Source of the DNA: Candidatus Woesearchaeota archaeon
Lineage (GTDB): Archaea; Nanobdellota; Nanobdellia; Woesearchaeales; B29-G15
Assembly: GCA_017610005.1 (NCBI GenBank)
Contig: JAFCCU010000005.1
Coordinates: 4,205-68,204 of the forward strand
Length of the DNA stretch: 64,000 nucleotides
Direction of reading: 5' to 3'
Part shown: positions 38,756 through 47,543 of the stretch, piece by piece
Layout: each line of letters opens with the position of its first letter
Numbering within the stretch: the first letter of the stretch is position 1
Notes under the pieces: model-generated
What the model was told of the DNA's origin: nothing
Databases searched by the model: none
Seen by the model: only the letters and a program-made list of their open reading frames with translations
Translations under genes and position numbers: made by a program

Positions 38756-39490
38756 TTAAAGTTGGTCTAAGAATTCTTCTTCTAGGAAGTGTAAGTTTCC
38801 GGGGAGAATGATACAGTGAGGAGTATTTCCAAGCCCCTTGATCTCGCTAGGTTTTGAATAAATTATCTTCTGTTCTTTGCTTCCCAATTGTGAACAGGCA
38901 ATTATTTTCTCGTCGGGAGAGATAACTCTTTCATTATATTTTGATTCCATATCCAAAAGGATTTTGCAAGCAGCTTTCGCTGTCATTGCTTCTTTATCCT
39001 CTCGTTTAACATCAAGTAAAAGTAGTGTGTGCAGGCATATCTCTTTATTTTCTTTAATGTATGTATAAGGAGATTTGGCTTTTTCCCAAGGCAAACTAAC
39101 TATCCTTCCAAACTTATATCCTTGTAAACCAGTTTGCAAGATGCCATTAATAATCGATGCATTTTGAAAAACTTCGACGACAACTTTAGCTTTTTTCATT
39201 CTTAGCAGAAGTTCAATGTGGGTTGTTGCAAATAAAGGATCACCTAGGATTAAAAGTCCTACATCAGCTTTCGCTGAGAGCTCCTCAAGCAACTTAGATT
39301 CCTCTAATTCTTGACGAGAGATGATCTTTACATCTTTTTGGAAAAGTGTTTTATACATAGCCATATTCGGTTTAATAGAATTTGTATAAATCTCTAAAAA
39401 AATATGGGTGCAAGTTTTAATAATTTCTAGTGCTTCCACTGTTATACTCCTTGGCGGATTAAGTCCTAGTCCGACGATAAAAAGTCCCAT
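38756..39490 (-). CDS. dph5: Diphthine synthase
   Basis: VGLGL, GDPLFATTH, YKFGRIVS, LHTLLLLD, HCIILPGNLHFLEEE. Confidence 0.93.
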   Translation of the reverse strand: MGLFIVGLGLNPPRSITVEALEIIKTCTHIFLEIYTNSIKPNMAMYKTLFQKDVKIISRQELEESKLLEELSAKADVGLLILGDPLFATTHIELLLRMKKAKVVVEVFQNASIINGILQTGLQGYKFGRIVSLPWEKAKSPYTYIKENKEICLHTLLLLDVKREDKEAMTAKAACKILLDMESKYNERVISPDEKIIACSQLGSKEQKIIYSKPSEIKGLGNTPHCIILPGNLHFLEEEFLDQL

Positions 39491-39843
39491 AGGATATTAC
39501 TATATTAGATAATTTATAAAGATTCTCCTAATAGTTGTCACTCTAGAAAAATTCGAAAAGTTTAAATATAAGCTATGTGTATTAATTTTTTATTAAAGGT
39601 TTTTGGTAAAAACTTTAATCGGCTTTAAATTTGTTCTAACTCATTAAACTACTGAGATAAAGGTTTTTTGGTAAAATTTGGTAAATTGTTAGTTGGTAAA
39701 AGGCTTGTTTGTTCTAAAGGAAAGGATGATAAAAGTAGTATATAACTGTTATGGTTATAGGAAATATACTTTATAGTACATACTTTCCGAGATATTAATT
39801 AGGAAATGATATCCAATAAAAAACCGAAAGGGGGCAGAAAAAA

Positions 39844-40923
39844 ATGGACTTTGTAGTCGAAAACGCAGTTAAAAATGCACAAGAAAATTTTGAAGAGTTA
39901 GATGTAGGGCAAGCCAACATTAAAGTTATTGGTGTTGGCGGTGCTGGTAATAATATGGTTTCTTGGTTATATAAGAAAGGAATCAAGGGAGCGGAAATTA
40001 TTGCATGCAACACTGATCAACAACATTTGAATATCTCTGAAGCTGATAAAAAGTTCTTGCTAGGTAAGGATTGTACCAAGGGACTTGGATGCGGTGGATA
40101 TCCAGACAAAGGCGCTGAAGCAACTAAGGAATCTATCCAAGAAGTAAAAGAATCACTTCGCGGTTCAGATATGGTATTTGTTTGCGCAGGAATGGGTGGA
40201 GGCACTGGAACCGGTGGAGCACCAGTTATTGCAAAACTTTCCAAAGAAAACAATTCAATTGTGATTGGAACAGTTACTATGCCCTTTAAAATTGAAAGAG
40301 CCAGAGTAGATAAAGCAGAGTATGGTTTACAACAATTAAGGCAAGTAGCTGATACTGTTATTGTGATAGATAATAATAGACTTGTGCAAATTGCAGGAAA
40401 CTTGCCCGTGCAGCAGGCTTTTGCAGTAGCAAATGAACTTATTGCAACCATGATTAAAGGCATTGTTGAAACAATTGCAATTCCAAGTTTAGTTAACTTA
40501 GACTTTGCTGATGTTAAGGCAATTATGACAAATGGTGGAGTTGCTGCAATCGGAGTAGGAGCAAGTGACACCAATAACCGAGTTGAAGAGGCAGTTAACA
40601 GTGCATTAAGTAACCCTTTATTGGATATTGACTACAAGGGTGCCTCTGGCGCACTCATTCATGTTGTTGGTGGTCCAGATTTAACCTTGGATGAAATAAG
40701 CCAGATAGGTGAGCTTGTTACAGGTTCACTTGATGAAGATGCAAATGTCATCTGGGGAGCAAGGATTAGAGAAGATATGAAGGGACGTGTTACTGTCATG
40801 ACTATTATGACTGGTGTTAAATCTCCTTGGATCTTAGGGCGAAATCAGACAGAAGAGCGCGTTGTTCAGAGAGTCGAGATGACTGAACTGGATGATGAGC
40901 TAGGCATTGAAGTCTTGAGATAA
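39844..40923 (+). CDS. ftsZ: Cell division protein FtsZ (paralogue B)
   Basis: IKVIGVGGAG, GMGGGTGTG, NLDFAD. Confidence 0.97.
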   Translation: MDFVVENAVKNAQENFEELDVGQANIKVIGVGGAGNNMVSWLYKKGIKGAEIIACNTDQQHLNISEADKKFLLGKDCTKGLGCGGYPDKGAEATKESIQEVKESLRGSDMVFVCAGMGGGTGTGGAPVIAKLSKENNSIVIGTVTMPFKIERARVDKAEYGLQQLRQVADTVIVIDNNRLVQIAGNLPVQQAFAVANELIATMIKGIVETIAIPSLVNLDFADVKAIMTNGGVAAIGVGASDTNNRVEEAVNSALSNPLLDIDYKGASGALIHVVGGPDLTLDEISQIGELVTGSLDEDANVIWGARIREDMKGRVTVMTIMTGVKSPWILGRNQTEERVVQRVEMTELDDELGIEVLR

Positions 40924-41007
40924 ATTTTTTTAATCATTTTTTTTCTCTGCCTTCATTATCAACCACCCCCAACCAAAAGTCCAAAACGTGAAGGCAAACT
41001 CATTTGT

Positions 41008-41052
41008 CTTCATTGCCCTCCAATTGGGCAATGAAGTTTTTTTCTTTTTTTT
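41008..41052 (+). terminator. Hairpin plus T-tract between the convergent ftsZ and rio1
   Basis: CTTCATTGCCC-loop-GGGCAATGAAG followed by a long T run. Confidence 0.65.
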
Positions 41053-41741
41053 TAATTTAATATATAATCTAGAATTTCTTCTTTACTCATTATTTTAAAA
41101 TCATCGGCAATATTCTTACAATCCCTTTCTAAAAGTTCTTTGTAAATCGGATTGTTTGGAGGGGTTGAATGTGAAAAGTCAATTAAGACTGGTTTCTCAT
41201 TATCATTTAAAATGTTATATTTGCTTAAGTCCCCATGGACTAAGCCTGAATTATACATAATTTTCATATTCTTTAATACTTCTTCAAAAAATTTCTTAAC
41301 ATCTTTGGGTGGTGAATCTTTAACCATTGGTGCTGGTTTGCCAATCATCTCCATTAGTAGGATGTTTTGTTGAAATTTGATTGGTTCAGGAACAGGTACA
41401 CCTTCTTTTCGCATAAGAAGCAAGTTTCTATATTCTCTTTGAACCCATGCAAAGATGATCTTTCTCATCTTGTGGTTTAGACCAATGAATCTAGGATCTG
41501 ATTTAATATATCTATACATTTGGTTAAAGTTAGCTGTTTCAAGTCTGTAAATTTTAATGCAAATGTCCTTTCCTTCTTTGGTTTCAGCTGCAAAGACTAC
41601 TGCTTCTTTGCCAATTTTTATTGGAGATAATGAATCTTCTAAGAAAAATCCTTTTCTCATTAAGCTGATGATATTTTTGAGAGTGAAATTATCAAAGACT
41701 GAATCTTTTGTCTTAAACTTTTCTTTTGTGATTTTGGCCAT
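41052..41741 (-). CDS. rio1: RIO1-family serine/threonine kinase
   Basis: GKEAVVF, IKIYR, WVQREYRNL, VHGDLSKYN, LIDFSH; start moved to MAKITK. Confidence 0.92.
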   Translation of the reverse strand: MAKITKEKFKTKDSVFDNFTLKNIISLMRKGFFLEDSLSPIKIGKEAVVFAAETKEGKDICIKIYRLETANFNQMYRYIKSDPRFIGLNHKMRKIIFAWVQREYRNLLLMRKEGVPVPEPIKFQQNILLMEMIGKPAPMVKDSPPKDVKKFFEEVLKNMKIMYNSGLVHGDLSKYNILNDNEKPVLIDFSHSTPPNNPIYKELLERDCKNIADDFKIMSKEEILDYILN

Positions 41742-41773
41742 TGAATCATCGAGCAGAATGTGCTTTATAAAGC

Positions 41774-42298
41774 TTACCAACAATCTTTATGGGTGATGTT
41801 ACTAAGGGGTAAGAGAGATTTACTATCTAAACGTTCTATTGGATTAATATACCCTATTGGAAGAATTGTTATTGGCATGATACCCTCAGGGATGTTAAGT
41901 ATTTCTCTAACTTCCTTAGCAATCTTAGGGTTTGATTGTTTGCACCCCGTAACATAGACTGAACCAAGCCCTAAAGAATGTGCTGCTAATAGGATATTTT
42001 GAGTGGCACAAACACCATCTTCGATAAATCTGCTTGGTGATTTCTCTGTATCAACACAAACAATTATTGTTACAGGGGCAGTTAAGATGTGATTTTGATT
42101 ATCCGCTGATTTAAGTTTTGCAAGTCTTTTTTGCTTTTCTTTATCCTTAACGATAATAAAATGCCAAGGTTGGCAGTCTATTGAAGAAGGGGCGTTAATT
42201 GCGCATTTTAAAATTTGATTTATGATACTGTCTGGAATCTCTTTATTAAGAAATAGCCTTATTGACTGTCTTGAGTTCATACAATTAATTGCATCCAT
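41774..42298 (-). CDS. Nitroreductase family protein
   Basis: RQSIRLF, APSSIDCQPWHF, LAAHSLGLGS. Confidence 0.92.
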   Translation of the reverse strand: MDAINCMNSRQSIRLFLNKEIPDSIINQILKCAINAPSSIDCQPWHFIIVKDKEKQKRLAKLKSADNQNHILTAPVTIIVCVDTEKSPSRFIEDGVCATQNILLAAHSLGLGSVYVTGCKQSNPKIAKEVREILNIPEGIMPITILPIGYINPIERLDSKSLLPLSNITHKDCW

Positions 42299-42381
42299 TT
42301 GTATATGTTGAACTTATTTGTATATAAATCTTAGTATGGACCATAATAAATTTTATATATCTCCTGGAATCATATCAAAAT

Positions 42382-43221
42382 ATGTTAGATTGGTTTTGGT
42401 TGGCTGTTATTGGGAGTTTACTATTTGGTTATCAGTTAGTTCTTTACAAGATTGTTGCAAAAAAGAATGTTGATAAGTTTGCAGTGCTATTTGTGCTTAA
42501 TACTGTCGGAGCAATATTTACTTATATTTACATGCTTATTAAAGGGATTCCAGTTGATTTCACAGGAGTTTTATGGTTAGGTATTCTTATTGGAATCTTT
42601 TTTATTAGCAGGACTGCTGCGATGATTGAAGGATTAAAGGTAATGCCTGTTAATTTGTTCATGCCAATTACCTCTCTTCATCTAATTGGTGTTGTTGCAG
42701 TCTCAATTATTTTCTTAGGAGAACAGCTAAATGCATTCAAATGGATTGGACTTTTGTTAGCATTAATTGCAGTATTGTTATTCAATTCCGAGCGAAATTC
42801 AAAGGTAGGAATTACTAATTTCAAGAAAGGAATAACATTAGCAATATTTTTCATTATTATTGCAATTGCTGCAGGGTTTACTAATCGGGCTGGAGCAATA
42901 TCAAAGAACTTAGAGTCATTTATGCTTTGTGCGTGGATTATGTCTGCAATTGTGGGAGGGGTATGTACCTATTTTTCTAAAGGGCTAAGTTTTCAAGCAA
43001 TTAAGCATGGGGCGTGGATTGCAGTAAGTAATTTCATTGCGTACTTTGCAGTCTTAATGGCGATGGCAAAAGGCCCAATGTCTGAGATATATATAATCGG
43101 CAATCTTAAGCTACTTGTTGCAGTACTCCTCTCATGGTTATGGTGTAAGGAGAGGTTAACCTTGAAAAGGATTATTTTGGTATTACTTTCTATTATTGCT
43201 GTAATCTTACTTAGAGTATAA
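42382..43221 (+). CDS. EamA/DMT family transporter
   Basis: About ten TM helices; FLGEQL and CKERLT repeat ends. Confidence 0.88.
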   Translation: MLDWFWLAVIGSLLFGYQLVLYKIVAKKNVDKFAVLFVLNTVGAIFTYIYMLIKGIPVDFTGVLWLGILIGIFFISRTAAMIEGLKVMPVNLFMPITSLHLIGVVAVSIIFLGEQLNAFKWIGLLLALIAVLLFNSERNSKVGITNFKKGITLAIFFIIIAIAAGFTNRAGAISKNLESFMLCAWIMSAIVGGVCTYFSKGLSFQAIKHGAWIAVSNFIAYFAVLMAMAKGPMSEIYIIGNLKLLVAVLLSWLWCKERLTLKRIILVLLSIIAVILLRV

Positions 43222-43263
43222 ATCTGGCCTAATCTTTTTAAATCTCCTTTAATTTCTTAATAT

Positions 43264-44262
43264 ATGCAAGAGCTTGATCCATTTATTCTTCCACAGGGTT
43301 ATTTGTTAAGGGATTTTGTGACAGATGGAGAATTAACCCATGCGCTAGTTCATTTTCATTCTAAGAAAAAAAAGCCTCATTATCGGCTACTTGATATTAA
43401 ATCTAGTGGAGAGATTGTTGAAGACTTTAATCTGGAAGAAATAATTTCCGCTGATAATATTGAATCTTTAAGTCTTACTTCAAAAGGATTGGGGGTTGGA
43501 GTGATGCACGCTGTTCAAAAGGAAGGTTACCACCCTTTTAGTGTAGGGGTCGTTTACCTTAATGGGAAGAAAGTTGTTGGAACAACCCCCTTTGTTGAAG
43601 ATCCTGATGCAAACAGGGGGCCCAGATTTGTTAAAGCAGTTACACAAAATGATGTAATTTATAGAATTGTTGGCACAAAATTGGTTGGATTTCAAGGTGA
43701 TTCTGCTAAATCAACAATAAGTTTGAATGTTGGAGAAGATCAACTTGCATCAGTACAAGATATTTGTGGAGATGGCGAAAATATGTATGTGCTTAGTAAA
43801 TTTATAAATACATATGAAACTGATTCAGAAGAACCAAAAGAAACTCAAGAGTATCATGCTGTTTTAAAGGTAAATTCTAATGTGAGTATTGAAGCAACAG
43901 GACCAAGACTTTTTAAAAGGGAAATTGGAGTTCAACTTGAATATCATGACCATTTTCATGGAATTGTACATGACGGCAAAAGGATTTTATTGACAGGAGA
44001 TAAGATTGTTGCCATAAAAGATGGAGAAGTAAGGAAAGTCAGTTCATCAAGAGGATATGATCTAATGAGAGATAAAGATTTGGTTTATGCGACAACTGAA
44101 GCAGGCATTTTAGTGATTGGGGAAGGAAGGATTTTAGACAATTTAGCACAAATTAAATTTTCTTCAGCAAAGATGAGGCCTTTTCCTGGAGGGGTTATGG
44201 TAGAGGATTATTCTACTCAGACTGATGAAGGTTTTGGAAGGATTAGACGGTTTTTTATTTAA
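43264..44262 (+). CDS. Hypothetical orphan protein, possibly beta-propeller-like
   Basis: 332-aa ORF rich in short beta strands; no motif recognised. Confidence 0.55.
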   Translation: MQELDPFILPQGYLLRDFVTDGELTHALVHFHSKKKKPHYRLLDIKSSGEIVEDFNLEEIISADNIESLSLTSKGLGVGVMHAVQKEGYHPFSVGVVYLNGKKVVGTTPFVEDPDANRGPRFVKAVTQNDVIYRIVGTKLVGFQGDSAKSTISLNVGEDQLASVQDICGDGENMYVLSKFINTYETDSEEPKETQEYHAVLKVNSNVSIEATGPRLFKREIGVQLEYHDHFHGIVHDGKRILLTGDKIVAIKDGEVRKVSSSRGYDLMRDKDLVYATTEAGILVIGEGRILDNLAQIKFSSAKMRPFPGGVMVEDYSTQTDEGFGRIRRFFI

Positions 44263-44280
44263 TTACTCTATTTGCCTCTC

Positions 44281-44570
44281 TTAGCGAAACCACTTCACTA
44301 CCGGAAAATTTATTTTCCGAATACCCCTAGACTGATTGAACGATTCTTTTAGTATCCTTCCTTTTTTTAGTGTGCTTGAGGGCAAAGCCCGAAACCACTT
44401 CACGTGGTACCAGAAAACTTGTTTTCCGAGTACACACAGATCGCTTAAACGGATCTTTCTAGGAGCAAACGTACGGCCGCAATCCTTTGGATTAGGCCAA
44501 ATTAAGGGGCTTGAGGACCAATGGGCCGAAACCCCTAGACTGATTGAACGAGTCTTTTCGTTCAATACAA
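44281..44570. repeat. Mosaic of palindromic REP-like modules including copy B of the repeat at 1569-1665
   Basis: 44363-44459 matches 1569-1665; modules GAAACCACTTCAC, CCGGAAAATT, CCCCTAGACTGATTGAACG and TTAAGGGGCTTGAG recur. Confidence 0.85.
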
Positions 44571-44602
44571 AACTATATAAATCAACAAACATTTAGTTTT
44601 TT

Positions 44603-44680
44603 AAGCCCGACACAGAGAGTATCCACGGGAGCTTACGGCGTTGTCCAAGCTTTGATCGTGGAGGTTAGTGGTGCGGGCTT
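44603..44680 (+). ncRNA. Putative structured RNA or 5' leader upstream of dnaG
   Basis: Long interrupted hairpin AAGCCCG/CGGGCTT, TCCACG/CGTGGA, AGCTT/AAGCT starting about 22 nt after a TATATAAA box. Confidence 0.4.
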
Positions 44681-44797
44681 CATATTCATTCACGTTCATC
44701 AGGTATAAATCATGTTCATTATTCACAAAAAGAAGAGAAGTATTGTGTAATTAAGAATTATTTCTGTTAGGACGTGTAAACAAGGAGGTAGTTTACA

Positions 44798-46081
44798 ATG
44801 GGAAAAATATCCCCAGTATCAGCAAAATATATTACTCATGCAACAATCGCTATTAGTGGAGTCGTTGACCGACCAGATGTTATTGGAGCCATCTTTGGCC
44901 AAACAGAAGGACTTTTAGGTTCTGAGTTAGAATTAAGAGAGCTTCAAAGATCTGGAAGAATCGGCAGAATTGAAGTTAATGTTGAAACAGCAGGCGGCAA
45001 AACAACAGGGACTATTGATATTCCTTCAAGTCTTGATAAAGCTGAAACCAGTATTGTTGGTGCAGCTTTAGAAGTAATTGATAGAATTGGTCCATGTGAA
45101 GCTAAGATAAAGGTAACATTAATTGAAGATGTAAGAGTTTCAAAAAGAGAATATGTTATCGAAAGAGCAAAAGAATTATTAAGAGAATTAATGGATAAAA
45201 CTCTTCCAGATTCTCAAGAGATTTCTGATGAAGTTGCTCAGTCTGTAAGAGTGATGGAATTAACAACTTGGGGAAGAGAAAGACTTCCAGCTGGCCCAAC
45301 TATTGAAGACAGCGAAGATATTATTGTTGTTGAAGGTAGAGCAGATGTAATTAATTTATTAAAACATGGTTTTAAGAATGTGATTTCTTTAAATGGCACA
45401 AATGTGCCTGAAGCAATTAAAGCTTTGTCAAGAGAAAAAGTTGTTACCGCTTTTGTTGATGGTGATCGAGGAGGAGACTTAATTATCAAGGAGCTTATTG
45501 GAACAAGTGAATTAGATTACATTTCAAAAGCACCAGATGGTAAAGAAGTTGAAGAAATAACTAAAAAGGAAATCCATAAGGCGCTAAGGAGCAGGGTTAA
45601 TTTAGAACAATATAAATTGGAACATGGCATACCCAAAGAGACTGCAGTCAGCAGTCCGGAGTCTGGAGATAAGGGCCCGCAGTCTGGAGAAATTAAAAGT
45701 TTAAAGGTTGAAGAACCTGTGTCTGAAGAAAAGGCAAAGAAGAAGGTCATTGTTAAGAAAAAGGAAGAAAAAGTAGAAATTCCTTTGACTGATGAAGAAA
45801 AAACTTCTTTAAGTGACATGGCTGATGAGCTTATTGGTTCCCGCGGAGCCTATTTGCTTGATGAGAAACTAAATGTGCTGGGCAAAGTTCCTTTATCTGA
45901 ACTTGAGACTAATTTAAAGGATATGGCAAATAAAGTGTATGCAGTTATAATGGATTCATCAGTTGATGAGGCGATTTGTGCTGTTGCAAAGGAAGCAAAT
46001 GTTAAATGCCTTATTGGGAAGGAATTAAATGTTGATCCAGTTAAGGTCGGAATTTCTGTCATGGTTGGGGATGATTTATAA
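44798..46081 (+). CDS. dnaG: Archaeal DnaG-type primase
   Basis: DVIGAIFGQTEGLLG, GRIGRIEV, IVVEGRADV, FVDGDRGG Toprim motifs. Confidence 0.96.
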   Translation: MGKISPVSAKYITHATIAISGVVDRPDVIGAIFGQTEGLLGSELELRELQRSGRIGRIEVNVETAGGKTTGTIDIPSSLDKAETSIVGAALEVIDRIGPCEAKIKVTLIEDVRVSKREYVIERAKELLRELMDKTLPDSQEISDEVAQSVRVMELTTWGRERLPAGPTIEDSEDIIVVEGRADVINLLKHGFKNVISLNGTNVPEAIKALSREKVVTAFVDGDRGGDLIIKELIGTSELDYISKAPDGKEVEEITKKEIHKALRSRVNLEQYKLEHGIPKETAVSSPESGDKGPQSGEIKSLKVEEPVSEEKAKKKVIVKKKEEKVEIPLTDEEKTSLSDMADELIGSRGAYLLDEKLNVLGKVPLSELETNLKDMANKVYAVIMDSSVDEAICAVAKEANVKCLIGKELNVDPVKVGISVMVGDDL

Positions 46082-46105
46082 TCCCTTTAACTTTTTTTTA
46101 ATATA

Positions 46106-46228
46106 TTATTGTTCTATTATGTAAACAATTCCTCGAGTCGTGCCATGAAGACCTATAACTCCGTCTAAATTATAATCAGTAGTCAGATAATCTCTTACAA
46201 ACTCTGCTCTGTCAATTACATAGCTCAT
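46106..46228 (-). CDS. Possible 40-aa leaderless microprotein
   Basis: MSYVIDRAEFVRDYLTTDYNLDGVIGLHGTTRGIVYIIEQ*; TTTAAA about 25 nt upstream; no SD. Confidence 0.3.
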   Translation of the reverse strand: MSYVIDRAEFVRDYLTTDYNLDGVIGLHGTTRGIVYIIEQ

Positions 46229-46262
46229 AAAAAATAAAGAATAAGAAATAATTTAAAAAGGT

Positions 46263-47537
46263 TTATCCGCAAGTTGCGTCTGGTGCGCCTGTAGGAGCAG
46301 TTTCTCCCCATCCAAAGCCTGGAGTAGGGTTTGCTGCATCAAGAGGTACATTACATTCAGCTGGCGGTACTGCAAATGCAGAACAGATTACTTCTTGTAA
46401 TGCTGCTGGACTTCTACCTGCACTAACTTTAATACCATTAATAACTAGGCCAGGGGATCCACCAATCTCATACTTCTCATTTAATTCTTTATCAGAATTA
46501 AATAATGGGAATCTTCCATTTAGCCAGCTTTCTTTATCTTCAAGAAGTGCTGTTGCGGTAAATTCAGTATCAGCTGCCGCGACACAAGTGTCAAGTGCTG
46601 CTTGATTAACCCCAGTACTTGCAATACATTCATCCCTTTTTCCTTCTTCAAGGAAGCATTTTAAGTATGGGATGAACTTGTCATTTTGTTCCTTTTGGAT
46701 GCAGTATTGGTTTAATTGTTCGACAACTTCGGTTTCACCATGCATTGCATAATAAACATATCTAACTGTATAGTCGAATTTGTCCCCAAATGCTTCTACA
46801 ACTGGAATAAATCCTTTTTCAATTTGAGTTCCGTATGGGCAGTGGCTCATGACAAATAATTCAACTTCTGGAGTAGCTCTTTTATTACAAGCTAAAATTG
46901 CTCCCTTGCAATCGTCATCATCACAATCAACCTTTCCATCGCCATTATCATCTTTACCATTATCGCAAATTTCTGCTGCAGGATCAAAAGATGATCCTAG
47001 TCTTAATGATAATAATTCTCCTGTATCGTCAACAAAGTTTTCAATGTTGGCAAAGTTTTCATGAGACTGTACGCTTTTATCAAATAAGACTGCTGGTAAA
47101 AACTCAATATTGTTTTCTTCATATGCTTTTTTACCTGCTTCTGTGTTATAATCTAATTCAGTAACATCTAAGCCAGGGAAAATTTGTTCAAGAGATGTTT
47201 TAAATTGGCTTGTATCACAAGTTTCACATCTTGTATCACTGATAATTGTTAGTTTAACAACTTCTCCACTTGGTGTCACAGTTTCATCTGGTGTCACAGT
47301 TTCATCTGGTGTAACAGTTTCATCTGGTGTAACAGTTTCATCTGGTGTTTCAACAGGAGTTGTTGGTTTTTTTATAGACATAAAAATTACAAAAGCAATA
47401 AGTGCTATAACAACTGCAACAGTTGCAATTGTTCCCCAATCAGTTCTTGGAGCTTTTTTATCCTTAGTTACCTTTTTTGTTTCATGCTTAGTTACCTTTT
47501 TTGTTTCATTTTTTTTTGTAGTTTTTTTCTTTGCCAT
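46263..47537 (-). CDS. Membrane-anchored thioredoxin-fold (DsbA/glutaredoxin-like) protein
   Basis: Basic N-terminus, TM, TPDETV linker, CETC, Cys/Asp-rich repeat, FVMSHCPYG, GSPGLVING. Confidence 0.75.
   Translation of the reverse strand: MAKKKTTKKNETKKVTKHETKKVTKDKKAPRTDWGTIATVAVVIALIAFVIFMSIKKPTTPVETPDETVTPDETVTPDETVTPDETVTPSGEVVKLTIISDTRCETCDTSQFKTSLEQIFPGLDVTELDYNTEAGKKAYEENNIEFLPAVLFDKSVQSHENFANIENFVDDTGELLSLRLGSSFDPAAEICDNGKDDNGDGKVDCDDDDCKGAILACNKRATPEVELFVMSHCPYGTQIEKGFIPVVEAFGDKFDYTVRYVYYAMHGETEVVEQLNQYCIQKEQNDKFIPYLKCFLEEGKRDECIASTGVNQAALDTCVAAADTEFTATALLEDKESWLNGRFPLFNSDKELNEKYEIGGSPGLVINGIKVSAGRSPAALQEVICSAFAVPPAECNVPLDAANPTPGFGWGETAPTGAPDATCG
47271..47348 (-). repeat. 18-bp in-frame tandem repeat (TPDETV, about 4 copies)
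   Basis: TCTGGTGT(C/A)ACAGTTTCA period visible on the + strand. Confidence 0.95.
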
Positions 47538-47543
47538 TTTCTA

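Noticed and set aside
44263-44283. Possible decayed duplicate of the second EamA 3' end
   Set aside because: Similarity is limited to a few AT-rich words, and the intervening gene is not antisense
44281-44596. ORF-track entries 44281-44592 and 44336-44596
   Set aside because: They lie entirely over the palindromic repeat mosaic, with no SD and no protein-like features
44603-44680. Long hairpin as SRP RNA or RNase P RNA
   Set aside because: It lacks the SRP helix 8 motif and the RNase P conserved regions, and is too short
46140-46200. ATGAAGA and CTGA words as a second C/D sRNA
   Set aside because: The boxes are not in the right order or spacing on one strand, and there is no terminal stem
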